Shown: piece after piece, positions 18,423 to 28,565 of the stretch | Numbering within the stretch: position 1 is the first letter of the stretch | Layout: each line of letters opens with the position of its first letter | Program-made: the position numbers and the translations under genes | Virus record (IMG/VR): IMGVR_UViG_2558860170_000002 | From: a virus | Lineage: Duplodnaviria > Heunggongvirae > Uroviricota > Caudoviricetes | Length of the DNA stretch: 37,042 bases | Reading direction: 5' to 3' (one strand) | Notes under the pieces: generated by a model | What the model saw: the letters and a program-made list of their open reading frames with translations, nothing else | What the model was told of the DNA's origin: nothing | Databases searched by the model: none

Positions 18423-21074
18423 ATGAGTGATATTTTCTCAGGAAGAGAATTATCAGTACAGTATAATGCTGATATTGGTAACAGAACACCACAGGGAGCA
18501 GGCAATGTAGTAATTAAACAGATTAATACTTTTCCAACCTTAACAATAAATTCAGAAGCAAATAATTTTGAAACGTATGATAGTGATTACAGGACAGTAC
18601 TACTATCTGATAAATCAGTAGCACCATTTGATATTGTAGTTAACTACCTACCTGATGATCCTACACATCAATTCTTGGATAATGCCGCTAAGTCTCAGCA
18701 GCTTTTCCAGATCATCATTCAGTACCAGATGAATAAGGATGAAAATACCATTACTTATGCGATGGTGAATGGTTATATCACCTCTTATAAGTTGGACGGT
18801 GATAAAGGTTCAGTAGTAACCAAGGCATACAGTTTTGCCCCACATGATGTGATCGCACGTGCAATGACCATTAACGCACTATCGCCAATCTATCAGGGGG
18901 ACTACGGTTTAGGTTCGAACACTACGGATGTACCTCAGTACTCACCATCAGTACCTACGGGTAACAGCTTCATCAAAGTACCATCATCTCAAGCAGGCAA
19001 TCCTGCCGGGGCGGATCTGATGGGAGTAGGGCTTGTAGATGGCACTACTGTAAGTTCTCTTGCGATGACAAAGACGGGTACTCTAAGTATCTATGCAAAG
19101 AACGCTACAACCGCCTGGACACGCATATATACCGCTACACAGATGGACGGGCGATACGTACCCCTTACACGTACCATCAACGGCCATGCACTCACGGCCA
19201 ATTTAGTACTGAACAGTGAAGATACAGGTTCAGTACCTGATACACGTACTGTGAATGGTAAGCCTCTAAGTGAGGATGTAGTACTTACCAGTACTGATAC
19301 CGGCTCTGTACCAGATACACGGACAGTTAATGGTCATGTACTCAGTGAAGATATAGTACTGAGTAGTGAAGATACAGGTTCAGTACCTGACACGCGTACA
19401 GTGAACGGTCATGTACTTAGTGAAAATGTAGTACTGAGTAGTGAAGATACAGGTTCAGTACCTGATACACGTATGGTCAACGGTCATGTACTCAGTGAGG
19501 ATGTAGTACTTACCAGTACTGATGTTGGCTTAGGGAAGGTTACAGATGATGCCCAGCTTACGATAGCAGGTAATCTAAGTGATCTGGGGGACGTGGAAGA
19601 AGCACGTATTAACCTTGCTGTTTACTCAATGGATGAAGTAGATGCAGAGGTAACGGCTTTAGCTGACAGTATTACTTCCCTTGATTCCGCTTCCATGAAG
19701 AAAGCGAGTAACCTTTCTGATCTATCCAGTCTCTCTACAGCACGTACTAACCTACAGGTGAACCGTTTGACTCAGGGTGCTACGTACACCGATCTGATGA
19801 GTAATGACCTGACTAACCGTATCCGAATTCAGGATAACGGGGCATGGGGTGCAAGTACTGGTACTGGATGGATTGCTTTAGGTATAGGTCAGGGGGGGAC
19901 AGGGGCTACAGATGCTTTGAGTGCTCGCCTAAACTTTCAGGTGGATCGCTTTAATCAAGGTAGTAATTTAACAACTATTAAATCCGCTGATTCTTCCGCT
20001 GCATTAGTGGTTTATGATGGAGGGCAATGGGGTTCAGCTACATATATTGCGGGTGCTTTCACTGGCTGGAAAGCATTAGCAATTCCGCAGGGCGGTACTG
20101 GTGTTAAGACTCAGGCTGAGTTATGGCCTGCGATTCGTCCTACGGGTGCAACTTCTTTAGCAGGAGATCCTGTCTCTGATTCTGACGCGACTACCAAACG
20201 CTGGGTTGAAAACTTGCTGAGTAGTCGTACTTCAGTTAGTCCTCAATGGGATGTTATTGCTTCTTCCCCTTCCTCTACGGCAATTGGTAGTTATGTAACT
20301 GGAGGGCGTATTCGTTCGATATGCAACATTGGTACATCAACTGAAATATCTGGTGGTTTTCGGGTTGGTAAAACGATGGGACAGACTGGACAGGCTGATC
20401 TCACCCTTTTTATTTCTGAAAATGGTGCAGAGGATAAACTATGGGGGCTAAAAGGGCCGACTGGAACGATCCTAACTGATGTTCAATCAGGATGGATGAC
20501 TAATACCGCTGTTTCGGGACCGACAGATGCCAATACCATCACCTTTAACGGTATGTATGCAGGGCCAGGTGACTCAGGTATTAACTATAGTGAAAAATAT
20601 TCCCCTTTATTGCACATGCAAAGATACCCAGGGGCAAATCGCTCTCAGCTTCAGATAGACGGTGGTGGTACTTTAAGAGTACGAGGCGGGAACGGTACAA
20701 CATGGTTTGGATGGTTAGTAATGCAAGCTCAAGGTACATCAGGTCGTGAGTTTAAAAGAGACATAACTCCAGCAAATCCAGTTGAAGCATTAGATCGGAT
20801 AATGTCACAAGATTTAGTAACGTTTATCTACAAGGATGATGAACAAGAAAGGGTTAGGTTTGGTGTTATCGCCGAAGATGCTGAGTTGACTGCTCCGCAG
20901 TACATTAAGCATGATGAAGAAACAGTTGAAATAGAAGGGGAGATTGTCACTCGTGATCATCCACGTGTTGATTTAAATCCAATAGTGATGGACTTGATGG
21001 GAGCTATTCAAGCCCAACAAGAAGAAATTAATCAGCTAAAAGATTTAGTACAACAGCTATTAAATAATAAATAA
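18423..21074 (+). CDS. tail fibre-like protein: major-tail-protein-like N-terminal domain, 25-aa tandem repeats, C-terminal intramolecular chaperone (peptidase S74-like) domain
   Basis: N-terminal about 150 aa is paralogous to the product of 21133-21606 (shared DIFSG...NTF...VNYLPDD..HQ.L). Five 25-aa repeats (TRTVNGHVLSEDVVLSSEDTGSVPD). The C-terminus SGREFKRDITP...ERVRFGVIAEDAE...NPIVMDLMGAIQAQQEEINQLK matches the S74 pattern SDxRxK...GxIAQE...coiled coil. Confidence 0.55.
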   Translation: MSDIFSGRELSVQYNADIGNRTPQGAGNVVIKQINTFPTLTINSEANNFETYDSDYRTVLLSDKSVAPFDIVVNYLPDDPTHQFLDNAAKSQQLFQIIIQYQMNKDENTITYAMVNGYITSYKLDGDKGSVVTKAYSFAPHDVIARAMTINALSPIYQGDYGLGSNTTDVPQYSPSVPTGNSFIKVPSSQAGNPAGADLMGVGLVDGTTVSSLAMTKTGTLSIYAKNATTAWTRIYTATQMDGRYVPLTRTINGHALTANLVLNSEDTGSVPDTRTVNGKPLSEDVVLTSTDTGSVPDTRTVNGHVLSEDIVLSSEDTGSVPDTRTVNGHVLSENVVLSSEDTGSVPDTRMVNGHVLSEDVVLTSTDVGLGKVTDDAQLTIAGNLSDLGDVEEARINLAVYSMDEVDAEVTALADSITSLDSASMKKASNLSDLSSLSTARTNLQVNRLTQGATYTDLMSNDLTNRIRIQDNGAWGASTGTGWIALGIGQGGTGATDALSARLNFQVDRFNQGSNLTTIKSADSSAALVVYDGGQWGSATYIAGAFTGWKALAIPQGGTGVKTQAELWPAIRPTGATSLAGDPVSDSDATTKRWVENLLSSRTSVSPQWDVIASSPSSTAIGSYVTGGRIRSICNIGTSTEISGGFRVGKTMGQTGQADLTLFISENGAEDKLWGLKGPTGTILTDVQSGWMTNTAVSGPTDANTITFNGMYAGPGDSGINYSEKYSPLLHMQRYPGANRSQLQIDGGGTLRVRGGNGTTWFGWLVMQAQGTSGREFKRDITPANPVEALDRIMSQDLVTFIYKDDEQERVRFGVIAEDAELTAPQYIKHDEETVEIEGEIVTRDHPRVDLNPIVMDLMGAIQAQQEEINQLKDLVQQLLNNK
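19167..19529 (+). repeat. 75-bp tandem repeat, about 4.8 copies, in frame within the tail fibre-like gene
   Basis: Unit boundaries read directly at 19167, 19242, 19317, 19392 and 19467; the units are closely similar. Confidence 0.8.
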
Positions 21075-21132
21075 ATATAAACGGGGTGAACGGATTCACT
21101 CCAATAAAATTTTCTTATAAGGATATAAAACT

Positions 21133-21606
21133 ATGGCTATGGATATTTTTTCCGGTGCTAACCTTACTGTAGAAGTAGGTTCAAGTGCTGGTAAAACAGT
21201 TGCTACTGACTTTGTAGAAGTACCAGAGGTAAACACCTTCAGTACTTCAGGCTTTGAAAGTACTGTAATTAGCGTAAAAACATTCAATAATGCTTATGAT
21301 CGTAAGCTATTGGGTACTAAGTCAATCCCGGACATTTCTCTTGCAGTTAACTACTTACCAGATAATGCAGTACATCAGAATTTAGAACAACTTGCAGACG
21401 ATCAGAAACGTTGTCAGGTAAAACTAAGCTATTTTACCGATGCAACTAAAAAAGAAGGTTTCTTTGTAATTTATACCTGCTTTGTTTCAAGTACCACTAT
21501 CGGTGGTGATAAAGATGAAGTAGTAACTAAGACTTTCACCCTTGCAGTTGATGGTGAAGCAATTGATTCAGGTCTGATTACTCCAAAACCAGAATCGGGC
21601 GAATAA
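21133..21606 (+). CDS. putative major tail protein (157 aa)
   Basis: Sits immediately upstream of the chaperone and tape-measure genes and is followed by a strong terminator. Paralogous to the N-terminus of 18423-21074. Confidence 0.5.
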   Translation: MAMDIFSGANLTVEVGSSAGKTVATDFVEVPEVNTFSTSGFESTVISVKTFNNAYDRKLLGTKSIPDISLAVNYLPDNAVHQNLEQLADDQKRCQVKLSYFTDATKKEGFFVIYTCFVSSTTIGGDKDEVVTKTFTLAVDGEAIDSGLITPKPESGE

Positions 21607-21614
21607 TAATAAAT

Positions 21615-21647
21615 AAAGGGAAGGTGCTCAACTTTCCCTTTTTTATT
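21615..21647 (+). terminator. rho-independent terminator
   Basis: AAAGGGA...TCCCTTT stem followed by TTTTTTATT, directly after the major tail protein stop codon. Confidence 0.55.
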
Positions 21648-21957
21648 GGAGATGAAAATGAATTTAAACGAATTGAAGAAAAAACTACAACCAGAATTAA
21701 AACCACATGAAGTAATGGGTGAAATCATCTTTATTCATCGTCCAAATGGTCAGGATTTCCAGAAATGCACTGATGTGGCTAAAACTCTAATCCTATGTGT
21801 AAAAGATGAAAATGGTGATCCTATCTTCGCAGAAGAAGATATTGATGGACGAATTAATGTTAACTCTATTGATTTTGTAATCCAGAATGAAATTTACTCA
21901 GCAATTATTGCTTTAATCAATACTGCGAAACCTGTAGATGAAGTAGAAAAAAAGTAA
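21646..21957 (+). CDS. putative tail assembly chaperone
   Basis: Small acidic protein between the major tail and tape-measure genes; assigned by position. Confidence 0.35.
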   Translation: MEMKMNLNELKKKLQPELKPHEVMGEIIFIHRPNGQDFQKCTDVAKTLILCVKDENGDPIFAEEDIDGRINVNSIDFVIQNEIYSAIIALINTAKPVDEVEKK

Positions 21958-21989
21958 GAGGTGATATCGAATTAAAGTACTTTTGTAAG

Positions 21990-22352
21990 ATGGTTAACAA
22001 AAGAGGCTTATCACCTGAAGAATACTTTAGTTTAGATCCTGATGTACTCAATATGCTTATGATCTACGATACTTTTATAGAACCATCCGGTACGCAGATT
22101 GAAATGATGAAACATGCGTACCAGTGTTACTACACCACTATCAGTAATGGCAACCTAACACCAGAAGCAAGGAAAAGTATCAAGGTACAGGATTTTGATT
22201 TTCTTGATGTGCTTAGTGATAGTACTAAGAGTACTTCAGAGAAAGCTGAAGAAAGAAAATTAAAAACTAAAGAGGCTCAATCCAATGATATTAAATCTAT
22301 AGGGGAGTTAATTAAATCTCAGGTATTAGGAAAGAAAAAGAATGGCAAATAA
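21990..22352 (+). CDS. putative tail assembly chaperone / hypothetical
   Basis: Assigned by position upstream of the tape measure gene. Confidence 0.3.
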   Translation: MVNKRGLSPEEYFSLDPDVLNMLMIYDTFIEPSGTQIEMMKHAYQCYYTTISNGNLTPEARKSIKVQDFDFLDVLSDSTKSTSEKAEERKLKTKEAQSNDIKSIGELIKSQVLGKKKNGK

Positions 22353-24555
22353 TAATAGAATACGTGTAGATATTACGGGTGATTCTTCCGGTTTACAGCG
22401 TGCTTTAAGGTCTGGTACTGAATCATTAGAGGAATTTGGTAGTACTGCTGGTGGCATTGTTGAAGAGTTCACAGGCCGAATAACTGGTATGGCTGGCGGG
22501 TTCGGTACTGCTATGACCGGGATCGCGGGTGCTGCGGCTATTGGTATTGGTGGCCTGGCAGCATTAGTAGAATCATCACGTGAATATGTGCGTGAAATGA
22601 ACCAGATCAGTAAGAGTACCGGATTGTCCGTGGTTCAGTTACAACAGCTATCAGCGGCGTTTAGTGGCCTCGGTCTTGAGATTGATAAGTTTGGTGATTT
22701 CAACAAGGATACCTTGGATAAGCTCGGTGATGCTTTTCGTGCTGGCGGTGGTGTATCCGATGATCTTAAAGAATATGGACTCAACCTACAGGACTATAAC
22801 AAGTACTTAAAACAGGCTGATGGTGGTATGCAGGCTGTGATCCACACCTTTTACGCCATGCGTGATGCAGGTAAATCACAGAGTGAAATAGTTAACGTAA
22901 TGGAAACGTTAGCCAGTGACTCAAGCCACATGATTAGTACTCTTCAGCAGTTCAATAATGAGGCTCAAGCTACAGCCTATATCCAGTCACAAAATGCTGA
23001 AGTAACTAATGATGCTGCTGAAAAATATGCTGAATTCGATAAAAACCTTGGGAAACTTACTACCAGCATTAAAGGTACTATTGCTGATGGCCTATCACCT
23101 TTAGTTAATGCCATGAACAGTGTCTATGATGCTGCAAATCAAAAACCTCACGAGGCAGGTTTGTTTGAAGATCTGAATGAACGTATTAAAACTTCCAAGG
23201 GTTCTCTACAGGATATGTTGGATATCTGGGAAAAATTACGTACAGCAGGGGCATTAAACTACCAGGGTGCAGCACTCAATACTGGCATCATGGATGATAA
23301 GGGCAACAAGGGTAATGAGTTCGCTCAGGCTAAGGCACGTTTAGAAGAACTGGCAAACAACCTAAAGTCCGATGTTGCGGTTGCTACCGCTCCTACTGGC
23401 GGATGGGTTGATCAGGCAAAAGAAGCTGAAGATGCAGCGAAGAAGTTAGAACAACAACGTAAACAGGCAGAAGCGGCACAAAAGGCGGCAGATGCAAAAC
23501 GCCTACAGGCTCAACGTAATCTGGAAGCTGCTCTTGCTCAAGTTGGGGAAGATGGTTTTCAGGTACGTCTACAGCAGTTCGACAGACAACAAAAGGCACT
23601 TCTTAAAACCATCACCGATAGTGCTCAAGTACTCGGTATCAATCCTGATGAAATGCTAAAGAACGCTACTGCATATGGTGCTAAACAACGTACTGATTTA
23701 CTGAATTCAATGGTTGGTTATCAAGATCCTAATCAGGGTCTGAAAGATACCAATGCTCTTATTGGTTCCGGTCTACTCAATGACAATCAGAAGGGGTATC
23801 TGGCACAGCAACAGAATCAGCGTATCAATGGTGGTAATCCATTAGCCTATAACGATACCGATCAGAAGTTGAAAGATAACGCTGATGCTATGAATGCTGA
23901 ACTTCAGCAGAATGAGTTGTTGCTGAAAGGCCATGAGGACTATGAGAAACGTAAAGCTGAGATCACGGCAAAGTACAATGCACAGGCCATCCAAATCAGT
24001 AACCAGAATGCACAGGATCAGTTAAGTATCTTCTCAAGTACTGCACAGTCACTATCACAGGGCATGGTTGATGCGTTTGGGGAAAGTAGTGGGGCTGCAC
24101 AAGCTGCATTTACCCTAAGTAAGAGCATAAGCATTGCACAGACAGTACTTTCAATTCAGTCAGCATTGGCCCAAGCACTCGCTACCCCTTGGCCAGCTTC
24201 ATTGGCAAACTATGCACAAGTACTTTCACTTGGTATGTCGATTATTAGTACTGCAAAGGGTGCTGCTGCTGGTCAGTTCCATGGCGGGGTAGATGAACTA
24301 CCAGCAAGTTATGACAACAAATCATTTGTACTTAAGCAGGGCGAGAGAGTGGTGCAGCCTGAAGCGAATAAGAAATTAACAGCATTCTTGGATAAACAAG
24401 AAGGTGGAAGTACTTCAGGTGATATTACCGTTAACGCACCATTGATCATCCAGGGTGATGTAGCTGATGATGACAAGAAATTTAATGAGATGCTTAAGAA
24501 ACACGCCAATAGTGTTTCTCAAGCTGTGAGAAGTAGTCAAAAACGTAATACATAA
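22342..24555 (+). CDS. tail tape measure protein
   Basis: 737 aa, Ala/Gln-rich with long coiled-coil segments and Gly-rich hydrophobic stretches, in the canonical position. Confidence 0.7.
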   Translation: MANNNRIRVDITGDSSGLQRALRSGTESLEEFGSTAGGIVEEFTGRITGMAGGFGTAMTGIAGAAAIGIGGLAALVESSREYVREMNQISKSTGLSVVQLQQLSAAFSGLGLEIDKFGDFNKDTLDKLGDAFRAGGGVSDDLKEYGLNLQDYNKYLKQADGGMQAVIHTFYAMRDAGKSQSEIVNVMETLASDSSHMISTLQQFNNEAQATAYIQSQNAEVTNDAAEKYAEFDKNLGKLTTSIKGTIADGLSPLVNAMNSVYDAANQKPHEAGLFEDLNERIKTSKGSLQDMLDIWEKLRTAGALNYQGAALNTGIMDDKGNKGNEFAQAKARLEELANNLKSDVAVATAPTGGWVDQAKEAEDAAKKLEQQRKQAEAAQKAADAKRLQAQRNLEAALAQVGEDGFQVRLQQFDRQQKALLKTITDSAQVLGINPDEMLKNATAYGAKQRTDLLNSMVGYQDPNQGLKDTNALIGSGLLNDNQKGYLAQQQNQRINGGNPLAYNDTDQKLKDNADAMNAELQQNELLLKGHEDYEKRKAEITAKYNAQAIQISNQNAQDQLSIFSSTAQSLSQGMVDAFGESSGAAQAAFTLSKSISIAQTVLSIQSALAQALATPWPASLANYAQVLSLGMSIISTAKGAAAGQFHGGVDELPASYDNKSFVLKQGERVVQPEANKKLTAFLDKQEGGSTSGDITVNAPLIIQGDVADDDKKFNEMLKKHANSVSQAVRSSQKRNT

Positions 24556-24565
24556 GAAAGCCCAG

Positions 24566-25138
24566 TTAGGGATTTTCCGTGTGATAAGACAAATATTGTG
24601 AAAGAGAAGATGAAAGGGTATAGAGATTGTAATACTCTTCCCGCAATAATTTAACTTTAGGTGGTGAGTATTTAATATTGTATGCAAGCTGTGTTGAAAG
24701 AGTACGTAATCTCGATAATGAATAATAACTCTTTACGATGGCATCTACTTCTTTTTTTGGGAGTGATGCTAATTTTTCTAATTGGGAATAATATACATCA
24801 TCATGCAAATAAGAAACGGCAGTTGCTACTCTTTTAATAGCTTCTGTATCTTCAGTTGGAAGAGGAATACATATTTCATATGTGCCTAACACCTGAGACT
24901 CATCGCCACCAGTAGCAAGAGCTAAAAGGTTATTGTTGATTTCGCTCAATAAGATTACACGCATCTTAAAAACATCATCTGAACTTTCTTTCCATTTATC
25001 ATATGCGTTATAGCCTATTTGGCCTGCAAATAACAACATAGCAACGATGACGGATGCAGCCTGCCAATCAAGCCTGTTAAAAAAAATACGAATCGAGGTT
25101 TTTAAATAAATAAAGAAAGAAGATATTCGAGGTAACAA
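24566..25138 (-). CDS. hypothetical membrane-associated protein on the opposite strand within the tail module
   Basis: One hydrophobic helix (AASVIVAMLLFAGQIGY). GTAC-poor and AT-rich, unlike its neighbours. The start may be an internal Met. Confidence 0.4.
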   Translation of the reverse strand: MLPRISSFFIYLKTSIRIFFNRLDWQAASVIVAMLLFAGQIGYNAYDKWKESSDDVFKMRVILLSEINNNLLALATGGDESQVLGTYEICIPLPTEDTEAIKRVATAVSYLHDDVYYSQLEKLASLPKKEVDAIVKSYYSLSRLRTLSTQLAYNIKYSPPKVKLLREEYYNLYTLSSSLSQYLSYHTENP

Positions 25139-25139
25139 A

Positions 25140-25697
25140 ATGGCATCCTTTTCAAATCAAATAAAAGTAACGAACTTTCAAATTAAAAGTACTGAACCGA
25201 TCTATTCTAATCAAACATGGACAGGTCAACGTATCATGAGAAGTACTGGAATTCAATACTATCAAATTCAGTTCACCCTTAATTTTAATCCTGCATCACT
25301 AAATGAAGTGAATAGCTTTTTAGCTCAATATGCACAGGGCAAACCTTTCACTATGTCATTGGGGCTTGCAGGTACATATTACGGTAAACAGACTGGTGCA
25401 GTAACCGCTACTGCTCTCACTAAACCGGGTAATATGGTTGTACCTATCAGTACTAACACATTAGCTGTGGGTGAGTGGGTACAGTTTTCCAATCACAATA
25501 AGCTATATCGAATCGTAGAACGTACCAGTACTTCAATTACTATTTTCCCTGCTCTACAAAATACAGTACAGGCAAGTGAAGCACTCAAATATAACAATCT
25601 CATGATCGAGGCTGTATTAGATCCAGACAATGATTATTCATTGCCTATTGGGAACATCATGAATATTACATTGAAAGCAACGGAGAATATCATCTAA
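25140..25697 (+). CDS. minor tail protein (distal tail / gpM-like position)
   Basis: Directly downstream of the tape measure region; assigned by position. Confidence 0.4.
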   Translation: MASFSNQIKVTNFQIKSTEPIYSNQTWTGQRIMRSTGIQYYQIQFTLNFNPASLNEVNSFLAQYAQGKPFTMSLGLAGTYYGKQTGAVTATALTKPGNMVVPISTNTLAVGEWVQFSNHNKLYRIVERTSTSITIFPALQNTVQASEALKYNNLMIEAVLDPDNDYSLPIGNIMNITLKATENII

Positions 25698-26319
25698 TGG
25701 ACTCAGGTATATATACTAATGCTAATCTTCTTAAGTACTGGAAGTTAGTCAGAGGTACAACCAAGACAAGATTAACACTAATGGAAATTATGAGCTTAGG
25801 CGTTAATGTTACTTGTTTTGATGTACTACCAAAAGGTACTAATGGTTTTCACTGGACGGATTCACTAATTGATATAGATCTGGATGGTTATAAGTACATA
25901 AGTTTCCCCGACATTATCAGTGGTTCATTACCTTCATATTCTGAACAAAAGGGCATGTCTAATGATGCTATCAATTTTAAAATTAGCAATGTAAACGCCT
26001 CGGTTCGTGCTCTTGCCCTTGGTGGTTTCTTGAAAGATGCACAGATGAATATCAAGTTAGTAATTCTCAATCCATATGATAGTACTGTAATTGATTCAAT
26101 GCTCATGTTTACGGGGTTTATTGACTATGTACAGGCAGTAACTGATCCAAATCAGAAGCAAAACGAAATGACTATATATGTGAATTCTGTCTATAAGAAA
26201 TTAGACAGACAACCTGCATTAATTGCCGCCAACTCAGTATATCAATCTTACTATAGAAATGATGAGTACTTTAGTCTGTTAGGTCAAGTTAATCAAAATC
26301 AGAACTGGAAATACAAGTA

Positions 26320-26320
<1 letters not shown>
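25697..26320 (+). CDS. minor tail protein, lambda L-like
   Basis: About 207 aa in the L position; assigned by position and size only. Confidence 0.45.
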
Positions 26321-27229
<909 letters not shown>

Positions 27230-27320
27230 TAGACTGGCCCCCTGAATCTCCAGACAACCAGTATCACTTAAATAAGTGATAGTCTTAATACTAGTTTTTA
27301 GACTAGTCATTGGAGTACAG

Positions 27321-27686
27321 ATGATTGATGTCTTAGGGCCGGAGAAACGCAGACGGCGTACCACACAGGAAAAGATCGCAATTGTTCAGCAGAGCTTTGA
27401 ACCGGGGATGACGGTCTCCCTCGTTGCCCGGCAACATGGTGTAGCAGCCAGCCAGTTATTTCTCTGGCGTAAGCAATACCAGGAAGGAAGTCTTACTGCT
27501 GTCGCCGCCGGAGAACAGGTTGTTCCTGCCTCTGAACTTGCTGCCGCCATGAAGCAGATTAAAGAACTCCAGCGCCTGCTCGGCAAGAAAACGATGGAAA
27601 ATGAACTCCTCAAAGAAGCCGTTGAATATGGACGGGCAAAAAAGTGGATAGCGCACGCGCCCTTATTGCCCGGGGATGGGGAGTAA
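27321..27686 (+). CDS. insC: IS2 OrfA (InsC)
   Basis: Identical translation to copy A. Confidence 0.85.
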
Positions 27687-28549
27687 GCTTAGTCAGCCGT
27701 TGTCTCCGGGTGTCGCGTGCGCAGTTGCACGTCATTCTCAGACGAACCGATGACTGGATGGATGGCCGCCGCAGTCGTCACACTGATGATACGGATGTGC
27801 TTCTCCGTATACACCATGTTATCGGAGAGCTGCCCACGTATGGTTATCGTCGGGTATGGGCGCTGCTTCGCAGACAGGCAGAACTTGATGGTATGCCTGC
27901 GATCAATGCCAAACGTGTTTACCGGATCATGCGCCAGAATGCGCTGTTGCTTGAGCGAAAACCTGCTGTACCGCCATCGAAACGGGCACATACAGGCAGA
28001 GTGGCCGTGAAAGAAAGCAATCAGCGATGGTGCTCTGACGGGTTCGAGTTCTGCTGTGATAACGGAGAGAGACTGCGTGTCACGTTCGCGCTGGACTGCT
28101 GTGATCGTGAGGCACTGCACTGGGCGGTGACTACCGGCGGCTTCAACAGTGAAACAGTACAGGACGTCATGCTGGGAGCGGTGGAACGCCGCTTCGGCAA
28201 CGATCTTCCGTCGTCTCCAGTGGAGTGGCTGACGGATAATGGTTCATGCTACCGGGCTAATGAAACACGCCAGTTCGCCCGGATGTTGGGACTTGAACCG
28301 AAGAACACGGCGGTGCGGAGTCCGGAGAGTAACGGAATAGCAGAGAGCTTCGTGAAAACGATAAAGCGTGACTACATCAGTATCATGCCCAAACCAGACG
28401 GGTTAACGGCAGCAAAGAACCTTGCAGAGGCGTTCGAGCATTATAACGAATGGCATCCGCATAGTGCGCTGGGTTATCGCTCGCCACGGGAATATCTGCG
28501 GCAGCGGGCTTGTAATGGGTTAAGTGATAACAGATGTCTGGAAATATAG
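27644..28549 (+). CDS. insD: IS2 transposase OrfB (InsD)
   Basis: Identical translation to copy A. Confidence 0.9.
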
Positions 28550-28565
28550 GGGCAAATCCAGTGGT

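Larger units (their letters stand above)
27230..28560 (+). mobile_element. IS2 (1331 bp), copy B
   Basis: Starts TAGACTGGCCCCCTGAATCTCC and ends GGGGCAAATCCA. Flanked by a 5-bp direct repeat GTGGT (27225-27229, 28561-28565). Confidence 0.9.

Noticed and set aside
19167-19529. Possible CRISPR-like array from periodic repeats
   Set aside because: The repeats are 75 bp, contiguous without spacers, in frame and encode a 25-aa protein repeat. They are a coding tandem repeat, not a CRISPR array.
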